A stretch of DNA of 64,000 nucleotides from Bacteroidota bacterium. GTDB taxonomy: Bacteria; Bacteroidota; Ignavibacteria; UBA10030; UBA8401. The stretch spans positions 4,547 through 68,546 of the forward strand of contig JABWAK010000001.1 in assembly GCA_013361065.1 (NCBI GenBank), written 5' to 3'. Numbering within the stretch: position 1 is the stretch's first letter; each line of letters opens with the position of its first letter. Shown here piece by piece: positions 29,380 through 39,349 of this stretch. The position numbers and the translations under genes are program-made. The notes beneath the pieces are model-generated. The model worked only from the letters and a program-made list of their open reading frames with translations. It was not told where the DNA came from and did not search any database.

Positions 29380-30291
29380 TTAGAACACACTCACGTTTAC
29401 ATACCTCTGCGGATTCGCCTTCAGGTCCTTCACCAGTGCGTTGATGTTCAGTACCATCGAGTCGAGATGTGTGTAGAGCCGGTCATCACGCATCAGTTTT
29501 CCGATCGTCCCGTCCCCGCGGTCCAGCCGTTTGAACACATTGTCGATCGACTCGCTCGCATCGCGGAACTTCAGCGACGCCTCCTCCATCGTCTTCGCGG
29601 TCACGCGGATGCTCTTCACGCCGTCATCGATGTTCCCTTTCTGTGAAGAAGCGATCGTATCGAGATGCTTCGCGAATTTCCCCATATCCTCCGAGAATTC
29701 CGCGAAATTCCCGACGGCATAGTTCAGATGCCCTCCCTGCTGCTGGATCACCTGCTGCAGGTCCTGCGCCGCGCGGTTCAGCTCCAGCAGGATGCTCTGG
29801 ATATTCCGGCGTGTCGGATCGTCGAATGTGGTGTTGACCCGCTCCAGGATCCCCAGCACGTTGCTGGAGATCGGCGAGAGTGTGGAGGTCAGCTCCGTCA
29901 GGTCCGCTTCGTAGGCGCCGGTCAGCGTGTCGCCGTCCCGCAATATCTCCGGACTCATCCCCGGGGTGATGGCGATCTGCTTCCCGCCCATGATGCTTGC
30001 CGATTTGATGAACGCTTTGGAATCCTTCGCGATGTTCACCTTGTTGTCCACCAGGATGCCGACCGCGATCACGTTCCCTGCCAGACGCATATCCTGCACC
30101 TTACCGATGTTCAGTCCGGCGATGGTGATGGGACTCCCCTCGGTCAGTCCGTTCACGTTGCTGTAGAACAGGGTGATCCGGTACTCTTTGGACCGGAAGT
30201 CGAGACCTTTCAGAAAGATGATCCCGCCTACCAGGATGATCACCGCAAAGAAGACCGCAATGCCGATCTTCGCTTCATTCGTCAGATTCAT
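29380..30291 (-). CDS. mlaD: MCE-domain protein (MlaD-like substrate-binding component)
   Basis: An N-terminal TM (IGIAVFFAVIILVGGIIFL) followed by an MCE core (YRITLFYSNVNGLTEGSPITIAGLNIGKV). Lies downstream of the mlaE/mlaF-like genes. Confidence 0.8.
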   Translation of the reverse strand: MNLTNEAKIGIAVFFAVIILVGGIIFLKGLDFRSKEYRITLFYSNVNGLTEGSPITIAGLNIGKVQDMRLAGNVIAVGILVDNKVNIAKDSKAFIKSASIMGGKQIAITPGMSPEILRDGDTLTGAYEADLTELTSTLSPISSNVLGILERVNTTFDDPTRRNIQSILLELNRAAQDLQQVIQQQGGHLNYAVGNFAEFSEDMGKFAKHLDTIASSQKGNIDDGVKSIRVTAKTMEEASLKFRDASESIDNVFKRLDRGDGTIGKLMRDDRLYTHLDSMVLNINALVKDLKANPQRYVNVSVF

Positions 30292-30425
30292 ATCGTTGCA
30301 CCTTCTCTTCGCGCGGATGATACCCGCTGCGATGGTAGCAGAACAGTTGTTGTGATCGTTGTATCTTTTTTGGTGTTTTTTTGAATTGAATCAATGGATC
30401 ATTGAATCAATGATTCAATTTCTTT

Positions 30426-31153
30426 CTATGTCTCTATCTCACTCTCGATATACTTCCTCACTTCCGGATTCGGACTGTTCCGGATATCATCCTTCGTTCC
30501 GGTCATGATGAACTGTCCGTTCTCGAAGATGGCGAACCGGTCGCCGATGACGAACGCGCTGTGGATGTCGTGCGTGACGACGATGGAGGTCACGCCGAGT
30601 GTCGTCTTCAGTTCGTTGATGAGCAGATTGATGCCGTCCGCTGTTTCCACATCGAGTCCGGTCGTCGGCTCGTCGTACAGCATGTACTTCGGTGTGAGGG
30701 CGATGGCGCGCGCCAGCCCCACCCGCTTCTTCATGCCGCCGGAGATGTTGGAGGGCATCAGGTGTTCCACGTTCTTCAGTTTCACCAGCTCCAGTGCATA
30801 CTTCACCCGCTCCTCGATGTCCGCATCCTTGAAGTCGCTGTGCCGGCGGAGTGCCAGCTCGATGTTCTGTCCGACGGTCATGGAGTCGAACAGCGCCGCC
30901 CCCTGGAAGAGGAATCCGAACTTGAAGCGGAGCCGCTGCAGCTGTTTGTAGGAGAGCGTGGTGACCTCCTTGCCGTCCACCGCGATCGAACCGCTGTCCG
31001 GTTTCAACAGACCGATGATCATCTTCAGCAGGACGCTCTTCCCGCCTCCGCTCCGGCCGAGGATCACCAGCGTCTCATGGTCACGCACTTCCAGATTCAC
31101 CCCCTGGTGCACCTGTTTCTCGCCGAACCGTTTCCATATGTTGGTCAGTGTGA

Positions 31154-31157
<4 letters not shown>
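30426..31157 (-). CDS. mlaF: ABC transporter ATP-binding protein (MlaF-like)
   Basis: Internal ATG at 31157 (MITLTNIWKRFGEKQV..) overlaps the mlaE stop (ATGA). Has Walker A (GRSGGGKS), signature (ISGGMKKRVGLARA) and Walker B (MLYDEPTTGLD). Confidence 0.9.
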
Positions 31158-31963
<806 letters not shown>

Positions 31964-32036
31964 TCTTCTGCTGATAATTGAGTGGTGTCAATATGAAGAA
32001 AGTCCGAGGGAAAATCAAGAAAACCGCGGAATTAGC

Positions 32037-32084
32037 AACCTTGCGAAGGTTGAGAGAGCGATGTCCTGTAACCTTCGCAAGGTT
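32037..32084. repeat. Perfect 15-bp inverted repeat (aaccttgcgaaggtt / aaccttcgcaaggtt) with 18-nt spacer
   Basis: 32070-32084 is the exact reverse complement of 32037-32051. A degenerate third copy (aaccttcgcaatgtt) lies at 32401-32415. Confidence 0.7.
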
Positions 32085-32103
32085 TCCCGATCTTTAATGA
32101 TAG

Positions 32104-32149
32104 ACCCTGAATCACCGGCAGATAAAAAATAAGGGCCGGTGTTCAGGGT
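32104..32149. other. Long imperfect hairpin with A-rich loop
   Basis: accctgaatcaccggc ... gccggtg-ttcagggt (15 of 16 positions pair) with the loop agataaaaaataagg. Confidence 0.6.
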
Positions 32150-32155
32150 GGCGTG

Positions 32156-32200
32156 GTAGTGTAGCCGGGATGGATCATCCCGGACATGCGCTGGCAGGAA
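32156..32200. repeat. ~40-nt direct repeat, copy 1, with internal 8-bp hairpin
   Basis: tgtagccgggatggatcatcccggacatgcgctgg. The hairpin ccgggatg-gat-catcccgg lies at 32165-32183. Confidence 0.65.
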
Positions 32201-32337
32201 GAGCTTTTCCCTTATTCGTCATTCTGAGGGAGCCCTTGTTTCGCTTGATGCGACCGAAGAATCTGCTTAGTATGTTCCGGGCAGACTATTCACTCGCTAT
32301 CAGGCTGATGACGGCTCGCTCAGAGTAACGCGGTAAG

Positions 32338-32382
32338 GACTGTAGCCGGGATGGGTCATCCCGGTCTTGCGCCGGAACAATG
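32338..32382. repeat. ~40-nt direct repeat, copy 2, with internal 8-bp hairpin
   Basis: tgtagccgggatgggtcatcccggtcttgcgccgg. The hairpin lies at 32346-32364. Confidence 0.65.
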
Positions 32383-32425
32383 AATCTTTCGATGCGCCGT
32401 AACCTTCGCAATGTTTCGTGAATGA

Positions 32426-32842
32426 CTACCGGAATCCCGGAACATCGATCCGGATATTCGGATTGACCTTCAGCAGATGGTTGAGGAATGCCTGCTTCTC
32501 CGCCGGGGAGATCAGCACCGATTGTCCGTTGCCATACCGGACCTCCATCCTGTCCAGCGTTGCGGCAGGAGCGCTGATCGGGTTCCGCGAAGGATGCACG
32601 GAAACGATGGAGGCGATAGGAATGGTGCTCGTGTAGAGGAAGCCGCTCTTCACAAGCAGTTGACCGTTGTGGATGGTGTAGCGGATACTCAGAAAGACGT
32701 ACGCAGTGAATGCCGCCGCGCCGGCAGGAGCGAAGAGTCCCTGCCAGATGCCGTTAACGATAAAGATGGCGAAGATCCCACCGAAGAGGATGGTGAGCGG
32801 TATCGTCAGTTCGAGTCCTATTTTGGAACGGTAGACCGTCAT
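32426..32842 (-). CDS. Membrane-anchored bacterial PH (bPH)-domain protein
   Basis: 138 aa with two N-terminal TM helices ([30 protein letters not shown]). A beta-rich segment follows ([29 protein letters not shown]...LDRMEVRY...[15 protein letters not shown]), typical of bPH/YdbS-like proteins. The ATG overlaps the upstream stop. Confidence 0.7.
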   Translation of the reverse strand: MTVYRSKIGLELTIPLTILFGGIFAIFIVNGIWQGLFAPAGAAAFTAYVFLSIRYTIHNGQLLVKSGFLYTSTIPIASIVSVHPSRNPISAPAATLDRMEVRYGNGQSVLISPAEKQAFLNHLLKVNPNIRIDVPGFR

Positions 32843-33021
32843 TCATGGTCTCCTTGTTCGTTATTCTCGGCCGTCCTCGCCCTCCCCGCCTTCCGGACCG
32901 TTTCCTTCAGCAGGAATTCGATCTGGGCGTTCACGCTCCGCAGGTCGTCCGCGGCCCACTTCTCCAATGCAGCGTACAGGTCGCCGTCCAGTCGGAGCAG
33001 GAATTTCTTCTTTTCACTCAT
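32839..33021 (-). CDS. Arc/MetJ-type ribbon-helix-helix DNA-binding protein
   Basis: 60 aa. [42 protein letters not shown] matches the beta-strand/helix/helix pattern of Arc-family repressors. Confidence 0.7.
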   Translation of the reverse strand: MSEKKKFLLRLDGDLYAALEKWAADDLRSVNAQIEFLLKETVRKAGRARTAENNEQGDHE

Positions 33022-33036
33022 AGCGGGGACCGCGGA

Positions 33037-33546
33037 CTAGGCCGCTCCTTGTGCATGCTGACGCCGTTCGAGCAGTTTCTGGTACACTGCCATGATGATC
33101 CACGGGTGCTGCTCCAGCAGCGCCGACGGATGGTGGAATGCAACGATGATGCCGGTGCGCCAGATCGATTCGCGGCGGAACGACACCAGCCGCACCTTCT
33201 GTGCGGAGTAGAGTTCGTTCAGGTTCTTCCACATGCCGAACCGGTACTCCATCCGCTCGCCGTTCGGCAGATGGAAGAAGCCGCCTCCGGACCATCCCTC
33301 CGGCTCGTACGAAGCGAACGGCAGGTGGTCGTTCCCTTTTGTGATCTCCGTTCGCGCTTTCCAGATGCTGGGCCGGGTGATCTTCCAGCTGCCGCCGAAC
33401 CCTTCGATGATGACATCAGAGCTGTACCATTTCGGGGAGCGCATGGTCATCAGCACCGTCTCACCCGCCTGAAGGTGGTGCACCCCTTTCCAGAACGAGG
33501 GCTGCACCAGCTTCAGTTCCTGTGTTGTGTATTCTGCGAAGGTCAT
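33037..33546 (-). CDS. Hypothetical protein
   Basis: The ORF runs in the coding direction of the RHH/bPH genes, with its stop 15 nt upstream of the RHH start. Start chosen at MTFAEYTTQELK (33546); the upstream alternative is 33627. No motif recognised. Confidence 0.5.
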   Translation of the reverse strand: MTFAEYTTQELKLVQPSFWKGVHHLQAGETVLMTMRSPKWYSSDVIIEGFGGSWKITRPSIWKARTEITKGNDHLPFASYEPEGWSGGGFFHLPNGERMEYRFGMWKNLNELYSAQKVRLVSFRRESIWRTGIIVAFHHPSALLEQHPWIIMAVYQKLLERRQHAQGAA

Positions 33547-33654
33547 GGTCGCTGTTCTTATCCTGTCCGGCTGCGCCCCGCCGCCCGTAGTATCCGCGAC
33601 CTTTATGGTCGCGAAAGAGAATAACAAGCTGACGCAGCCGCTGTTCTTCCGGTA

Positions 33655-34530
33655 TTATTGATAGAGTGTTCCGGTGTTGATCACCGGTGTCGCTTCGTGG
33701 TCGGACACGAGGGCCACCATCAGGTTGTTCACCATGGTCGCCTTCTTGTCCTCATCCAGCTTCACGATCTTCTGTTCGGCAAGGATGCGCAGGGCGTCCT
33801 GCACCATGCCGACCGCGCCTTCCACGATCTTCTTGCGCGCGGCGATGATCGCCTGGGCCTGCTGCCGGCGCAGCATCGCTTGAGCGATCTCCTGCGCGTA
33901 TGCCAGATGGCTGATGCGGGCTTCGATGATCTCCACGCCGGCCACCTGCAGACGGGACTGCACCTGTGTGGTGAGCGCTTCTGCGATCTCCTGCGGATTG
34001 CCGCGCAGCGATGCCTTGTTCTCATCGTGCGAATCGTAGGAATATTCAGATGCCAGTGCACGGATGGCGGTCTCGCTCTGGATGGCAACGAACTGTTCGT
34101 AGTTCTCCACATCGAACAGCGCGCGCGCCGAATCGGTCACACGGTATACCACCACGGCGCCGATCTCGATCGGGTTGCCGTCCAGGTCGTTCACTTTGAT
34201 CCGCTCACTGTTGAAGTTGTGGATGCGGAGCGAGACGCGTTTCTTGGTGGTGAAGGGGTTGGTAAAATAGAACCCTGCGTCGCGGACCGAGCCGACGTAC
34301 TTACCGAACAGCACCAGGACGCGTGCTTCGTTCGGCTGCACGATGAAGAACCCGCCGGGAAGGATGAAGTTCGCGATCAGCATCGGAATGAACACGATGA
34401 GCATCCCCGGTTCTTCCATCCGGATCATCAGGACCAGCCAATAGACCGTAAAGACCGTCAGTGCGATGGTAAGGAACAGCATCAGATACCCGTTGGTGGA
34501 ACGTGCTTTTTTTTCAACAACCGTCTGCAT
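33655..34530 (-). CDS. SPFH/band-7 (slipin-like) membrane protein
   Basis: 291 aa with N-terminal TM helices, then [27 protein letters not shown]...RIHNF and an Ala/Gln-rich coiled coil ([26 protein letters not shown]). Confidence 0.9.
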   Translation of the reverse strand: MQTVVEKKARSTNGYLMLFLTIALTVFTVYWLVLMIRMEEPGMLIVFIPMLIANFILPGGFFIVQPNEARVLVLFGKYVGSVRDAGFYFTNPFTTKKRVSLRIHNFNSERIKVNDLDGNPIEIGAVVVYRVTDSARALFDVENYEQFVAIQSETAIRALASEYSYDSHDENKASLRGNPQEIAEALTTQVQSRLQVAGVEIIEARISHLAYAQEIAQAMLRRQQAQAIIAARKKIVEGAVGMVQDALRILAEQKIVKLDEDKKATMVNNLMVALVSDHEATPVINTGTLYQ

Positions 34531-34614
34531 AACAAGCTCCTTTCTCTGAGTTGATATTGCAATGATATCACTTTAATATCTCTTTGTCAAGTACTATTTT
34601 CATCCCCATCCCAC

Positions 34615-34645
34615 AAATAAAAACCCCGGAAATCGCGTTCCGGGG
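34615..34645 (-). terminator. Rho-independent terminator of the 34675-37500 gene
   Basis: Stem ccccggaa / ttccgggg. On the minus strand it is followed by TTTTTATTTG. Confidence 0.7.
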
Positions 34646-34674
34646 CGTTATAGGCGGTTATATATCGCTAAGGG

Positions 34675-37500
34675 TCATCTCACCAGGACCATCTTTTTGG
34701 TCGACATATAGGCTCCTGAGCGGAGGCGGTAGAGATAGAGACCGCTGGCGAACCGCGAGGCATCGAACGGGACGGAATAGCTGCCGGCATCCATCGTCCC
34801 CTCTGCAAGAACGGCGACCTCCCTCCCCAGCATATCGTACACTGCCAGCGTGACCGGTCCGCGGGTGCCGACCGAGAAACGGATGCGGGTGACCGGGTTG
34901 AACGGGTTGGGATAATTCTGATCAAGAGCGAACACGGCGGGCATATTGTTGTGCGACGGAACCGAGAGCGCCACATTGCTCAACCGGATCGTATCAAAGA
35001 TGCTGATCCCTTTCGCGGTCGTGAATGTAACGGTGTCTCCTTTGACGGGCAACAGTACCGGGCCCTCTCCCGGCAGCAGCAGGAGGTGCCACGTCAGGCG
35101 ATTGACGCCCAGGATGTTCTCTACACAATAGAACTCCAGTATTCCCGACGCTGGGGATTGGTAATAGAATGGCACCTTTTTTCCCGTGCTTATATTCACA
35201 ATGGTCATATCTACCGAATCCTGCGGCGTCACTATGCCAATGTACGGAGAAAGATCGGTCATACGGTCCCTTGGTCCGAAAATGATCCGGTAATCGGATG
35301 GGCGCGGATAACCATAGATCACGCTGCCATTCTGATGGGTGGTATTGACGGGGCTCATGTACCGCTTAAGATTGGCGTGTGCAGCGGCATTCCAGTGAGC
35401 AGAATCGAGCATCGTCGTCCGGTCGTTGACGGACATCCGAATCCCGTCGAAGACCGGGGATTCTGTGCCATTGATCAGCGGAACCGAAAGTAGGGTCGTG
35501 ATATTCTTCGTAGTATTACGGACGGTCATGCGCTTTTGACGGTCCGCAGAGGTGTCGTTGAACGAGATGATATACGTATCCGTCGTGGTCTGCCCTTTGT
35601 CCACCACGCCGAACGAGACCAGTGATGCCGCCGTTCCTGCGATCGTATGGATATTGGAGAGCGAAACGGGGCTTCTGGGGGTGTTCTTTACAAACGGAGC
35701 GGTGGAATCGGACATCGTGGTGTTCCCGTCTGTCGCCGTGATGCGGAGCCGCAGTGACGGTGAATTCGGAAGTTCGTTCAGCGCAATATCGATCATCGAT
35801 GTCTCTTTTGACGCGGGATGGACCATCTCCTTCCATCGGACCCACGCCCTTCCGGTGGAATAAGAAACGACGGTGGTCAATGTTTGCTGTTCCGGGTCAC
35901 CGAGCAATAGCTCCAACGGCAGCGATGAAGCGGTAAGCGGTGAGGAATGGATCGGTTCGGATATGATACGGACGAACGGTGAACCGTTCATGAGATTGTC
36001 CACAGTGATCGTTGCCGGGGACTGACGGAAGGAGACGATCGCGCCGGAGGGATCCCTGAAATAGATCCGGACCATCCCGAATGCACAATCATTCACGGAC
36101 GCGGTATTCCATGAGTATGCACCGTCATCCTCCGTTCCCTCGGCAACGGTGAGCCAATTCCTTCCGGCATCCGGACTGAAATAGATATCGACCGTTCCGC
36201 CGGCACTCAACGCCGGCCATTGGAGCGGCACGGTCCCGGTGAACGTTTGCGGTGTTGCAAATTGCGGCAACGCCGTCTGTGAAAGCAGCGCGGGAATGTT
36301 GAAACCGTTCGCCGACAGCAGCCGTGCCAGCCGGGTCTTCTGGATGATCCCTTGTGCGGTATGATCATAGATGAGCGCTGAGACGATCCTTGCTGTTCCT
36401 CCCGATACAATGGAGAAATATTGTGTCCCGAACATATAGTCGCCGTTCTCACCGGCTGTGGCGGTGGTATCGTTTACGATGGAGACGGGCACGCTGTAGA
36501 AGCCGGGCGACAACCGCGACCACAATTTCTCGTCATCCGCCAACGGGATCGTATGGGAAGGAGTGAAATAGTGGTATCCGCCGACAGCCCCATGTTGCTG
36601 CGAAATAAGGAATGCTTCTCCGAATTTTCCGACCCTTTCCTTCCAGAACGGATTCATGCCGACACTATTATCATAATCGCCGCTTACCACAACATTCTCT
36701 TTTTTATACAAGAAGGATACATCATCCTCGGCTTCATTGTAGAACTGTGCACCCGTTACACCAATGAGGGTTCCGGTAAGGTATCCGAAAACTGCCTTAG
36801 AATAGTCATAACTGCTTTCGTTCGTTATGTCGTAGACCCGGAAGAGCACATCGGCGAACAGCGGATGTTTGAATTGCAGATACCGAACGTCGACCCGAAT
36901 GCCATGTCCTTTCCTTGCTGTATCGGAAACCACCGGTCGGTACCGTACTCCCATCGCATTGTTCTCAGGAGAAGAGAATCGGTGGTCGTTGCGGTCATCC
37001 ATTTGATAATAAGATTCAAGATCTGCAATGACCTGCCCGTTCCCGTTCAGCCCGCGCCAGACGTTCCCCCACGACGAAGGCCAGGTGGAGGGATCGTTGC
37101 TCATGGCAACACTGTTGGTTCCTGCGGCAGCCGATGCTCCCACCGGCATCAGCGTGAAGTGCTGAATGTTATCCGGACCATAATCGTGTGAACTCGCCGG
37201 CCGCGCGACCGGCACGGTGATCACGGAGTGGATGGTATCCGGAGATCCATCATTGTTATGGTCTTTGATCGGCAGCTCCAGTCCGATCAGGATGCTGTTA
37301 TCGCCGATATAGCCATTGCTCGGAGCGAGCCACGCACCGCGCGGACGTGTATCGACCGGTTGTCCGATCACGCCCCAGTTGCCGAAGACGGTCATGATAT
37401 TGTTGCCGTTCATGACCGCAGAGCGATAAAATTCAGGACCGCTCTGCTGGGCGTGCGCAATTGTTGTAACGAGCAGGAGGATGAGCAGGATGTTCTTCAT
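34675..37500 (-). CDS. Large uncharacterised secreted protein with T9SS CTD
   Basis: 941 aa with signal peptide MKNILLILLLVTTIAHAQQ. The C-terminus is QNYPNPFNPVTRIRF...GLYLYRLRSGAYMSTKKMVLVR. No catalytic motif recognised. Confidence 0.8.
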   Translation of the reverse strand: MKNILLILLLVTTIAHAQQSGPEFYRSAVMNGNNIMTVFGNWGVIGQPVDTRPRGAWLAPSNGYIGDNSILIGLELPIKDHNNDGSPDTIHSVITVPVARPASSHDYGPDNIQHFTLMPVGASAAAGTNSVAMSNDPSTWPSSWGNVWRGLNGNGQVIADLESYYQMDDRNDHRFSSPENNAMGVRYRPVVSDTARKGHGIRVDVRYLQFKHPLFADVLFRVYDITNESSYDYSKAVFGYLTGTLIGVTGAQFYNEAEDDVSFLYKKENVVVSGDYDNSVGMNPFWKERVGKFGEAFLISQQHGAVGGYHYFTPSHTIPLADDEKLWSRLSPGFYSVPVSIVNDTTATAGENGDYMFGTQYFSIVSGGTARIVSALIYDHTAQGIIQKTRLARLLSANGFNIPALLSQTALPQFATPQTFTGTVPLQWPALSAGGTVDIYFSPDAGRNWLTVAEGTEDDGAYSWNTASVNDCAFGMVRIYFRDPSGAIVSFRQSPATITVDNLMNGSPFVRIISEPIHSSPLTASSLPLELLLGDPEQQTLTTVVSYSTGRAWVRWKEMVHPASKETSMIDIALNELPNSPSLRLRITATDGNTTMSDSTAPFVKNTPRSPVSLSNIHTIAGTAASLVSFGVVDKGQTTTDTYIISFNDTSADRQKRMTVRNTTKNITTLLSVPLINGTESPVFDGIRMSVNDRTTMLDSAHWNAAAHANLKRYMSPVNTTHQNGSVIYGYPRPSDYRIIFGPRDRMTDLSPYIGIVTPQDSVDMTIVNISTGKKVPFYYQSPASGILEFYCVENILGVNRLTWHLLLLPGEGPVLLPVKGDTVTFTTAKGISIFDTIRLSNVALSVPSHNNMPAVFALDQNYPNPFNPVTRIRFSVGTRGPVTLAVYDMLGREVAVLAEGTMDAGSYSVPFDASRFASGLYLYRLRSGAYMSTKKMVLVR

Positions 37501-37667
37501 GGATGCCTTTGTGGGATAGTTGCCGGGAGTGGTGAATCAATATACCGAACCATTGCCCCGTCAACAATCACGTGAATGCGTGTTGGCAGAAATGATGCGG
37601 TCTTTCTCACAGTACTTATATCCGTAACAACCTGGAGATGGAGGGGTCGGCGACCAATTAAAATGAA

Positions 37668-37697
37668 CATCCCCGATTCCTTGCGAAATCGGGGATG
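37668..37697 (-). terminator. Putative terminator after the 72-aa gene
   Basis: Perfect 11-bp stem (catccccgatt / aatcggggatg) with an 8-nt loop. On the minus strand it is followed by TTCATTTTAATT. Confidence 0.55.
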
Positions 37698-37735
37698 CGA
37701 GTAAACGGTCCGGTTTTATTTCTTCAGAGGCGGGG

Positions 37736-37954
37736 TCAGCGCTCCACAAAATCGTAGAACTGCACTTTGATGTCGAACTCCTGTCCGCTCTTGTAGTGCT
37801 GCTCGAACTTGCCCGGGAGCGGCTTCACCACTTTCACCGTGGCCCAGCATCCCTGCGCCTTCTGGATGGTCGCTTCGTACACCGGCACATCGTTCAGCAC
37901 GCAGGTGTACGTCTTGCCGATCTCCGGTCCGTTCTTTTGTTCGTGCGTATGCAT
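37736..37954 (-). CDS. Small hypothetical protein (72 aa)
   Basis: The ATG is preceded by GAGGAAA. G/C-rich third codon positions. Sequence MHTHEQKNGPEIGKTYTCVLNDVPVYEATIQKAQGCWATVKVVKPL.. looks beta-rich. Followed by a terminator hairpin. Confidence 0.55.
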   Translation of the reverse strand: MHTHEQKNGPEIGKTYTCVLNDVPVYEATIQKAQGCWATVKVVKPLPGKFEQHYKSGQEFDIKVQFYDFVER

Positions 37955-37975
37955 TCATTTCCTCATGATTTGTAG

Positions 37976-38055
37976 GGACGTCACAGTTTGTAAGGACGTC
38001 ACACTGTGTAGTGCGGGGGCGGCACAGTGTATAGGGACGTCACACTGTGACGTCC
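37976..38055. promoter_or_regulatory. Three GGACGTCACA direct repeats, the last forming a 10-bp-arm palindrome, with interlocking CACAGTG/CACTGTG inverted repeats
   Basis: GGACGTCACA occurs at 37976, 37994 and 38035. TGTGACGTCC at 38046-38055 completes the palindrome. cacagtg at 38023-38029 can pair with cactgtg at 38002-38008 or at 38043-38049. Confidence 0.5.
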
Positions 38056-38063
38056 TTACTCTG

Positions 38064-39278
38064 TTACGCCGCGGACGGCTTCTTCATCCGTCCGTACAGC
38101 AGCGCCGCGGCCAGGATCACCGCCAGGGCGATCAGACCGTACAGCAGCCAGTTGCTCGGTTTCACTTTTGCGTACCACAGCTGCATCTTGGTGTCGATGT
38201 CCGCCGTGTTGGCATCGGTGAACAGACCGCTCTCCTTCATCACCGGGACCCAGACCGGCTTCAGTTCGCCCGTCCAGATCTCGTTGAAGGCGCTGTACAC
38301 ATCGTACGGGTCCTGTTCGCTCTTGGCGCCGGCACCGGTGATCTGCTCGTCGATGTACTTGGCGAGGATGTTATGCACATTGTCCCCGCTGCCGATGGCC
38401 GGCACGGTGAGCTTCGCGGAGGTGAAGAGTCCGTTCAGCGAACGCCAGAACGCCTCGTCCACCTTGGCGCGCCACTCGGCGATCATCGTATCGATAGCCG
38501 GGATCTCGCGCGCTTTCTCCTTGTTGGAGAGGTAGGCGTTGCCGATGAGGTTCTTCACGCCGTTCCAGTTGGACTCGAACTTGCGCTGTTCGCCGTAGAG
38601 CTTCGCCACGTCCGAACCGGAGAGGAGTGTGGAAGAGAGGAACTCCATATTGTCCGCCGCCGCGCTCTTGATGTTGCTCAGCACGTTGCTCCGCTCGAGC
38701 TTCGCCTGCTGGTTCTTCTGCACATCGCCGGAGGGGGTGACGTTCTTGTCATACTGCATGAAGAGACTGTCCACCAGGGCGAAGATCGCCTTGTCCCGCT
38801 TGGCGATGTTATCCCGCAGGGTGTTGACGACCTTCTTCAGCGAATCACGTTCCGCGGTGGCCTGTTTCAATTGCGCCAGCAGCGCGGTGTTCTCGCCGGA
38901 GAGTTTGCTCACTTCGGCGGTGAGCGTCTCCACCTGCTGCTCCAGCGCGGCGATGCGCGCGGCGCTCTCGCCGATCGCCTTGATCTTCTGTTCGGAATAG
39001 ACGAACTGTGCCTTTAGCTTGTCGATGCTCGTATCGAAATCGTCCGGGAAGAGCGCGCCGTTCAGGAACTCGCGGTGCGGCTTGTACTCGTTCTCCAGCG
39101 CGATCACCGATTCGCCGACCGAAGCGATGGCCTCGGGCGTCTCGGCTTCGTTGATGGAACGGAGCAGCTGTTTGTACTGCTTCTCGAAATCGCGCTTCAC
39201 TTCGCTCTTGGTCCGCTCCTGTGCAGCGGCGGACGTGAACAGGAACGCGCATGCCAGTAGAATGATGGTCTGTTTCAT
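38064..39278 (-). CDS. Exported coiled-coil protein with C-terminal TM anchor (paralog A)
   Basis: Internal ATG at 39278 is preceded by AAGGAGGAAC. Has signal peptide MKQTIILLACAFLFTSAAAQE, a heptad-rich segment (LEQQVETLTAEVSKLSGENTALLAQLKQATAERDSLKK) and a C-terminal TM (WLLYGLIALAVILAAALLYGRMKK). Alignable with the next gene along its full length. Confidence 0.8.
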   Translation of the reverse strand: MKQTIILLACAFLFTSAAAQERTKSEVKRDFEKQYKQLLRSINEAETPEAIASVGESVIALENEYKPHREFLNGALFPDDFDTSIDKLKAQFVYSEQKIKAIGESAARIAALEQQVETLTAEVSKLSGENTALLAQLKQATAERDSLKKVVNTLRDNIAKRDKAIFALVDSLFMQYDKNVTPSGDVQKNQQAKLERSNVLSNIKSAAADNMEFLSSTLLSGSDVAKLYGEQRKFESNWNGVKNLIGNAYLSNKEKAREIPAIDTMIAEWRAKVDEAFWRSLNGLFTSAKLTVPAIGSGDNVHNILAKYIDEQITGAGAKSEQDPYDVYSAFNEIWTGELKPVWVPVMKESGLFTDANTADIDTKMQLWYAKVKPSNWLLYGLIALAVILAAALLYGRMKKPSAA

Positions 39279-39349
39279 CTGTTCCTCCTTAGTGAACAAC
39301 TGTACCGCCGCCCGCACAGTGTGCGTCCGGCGGCGGTGAACGTGCTCTA

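Noticed and set aside
37561-37749. A 62-aa minus-strand ORF between the 72-aa gene and the T9SS gene.
   Set aside because: It spans the terminator hairpin at 37668-37697, overlaps the end of the 72-aa gene, has no SD, and gives an implausible sequence (Pro/Ser/Gly/Cys-rich).
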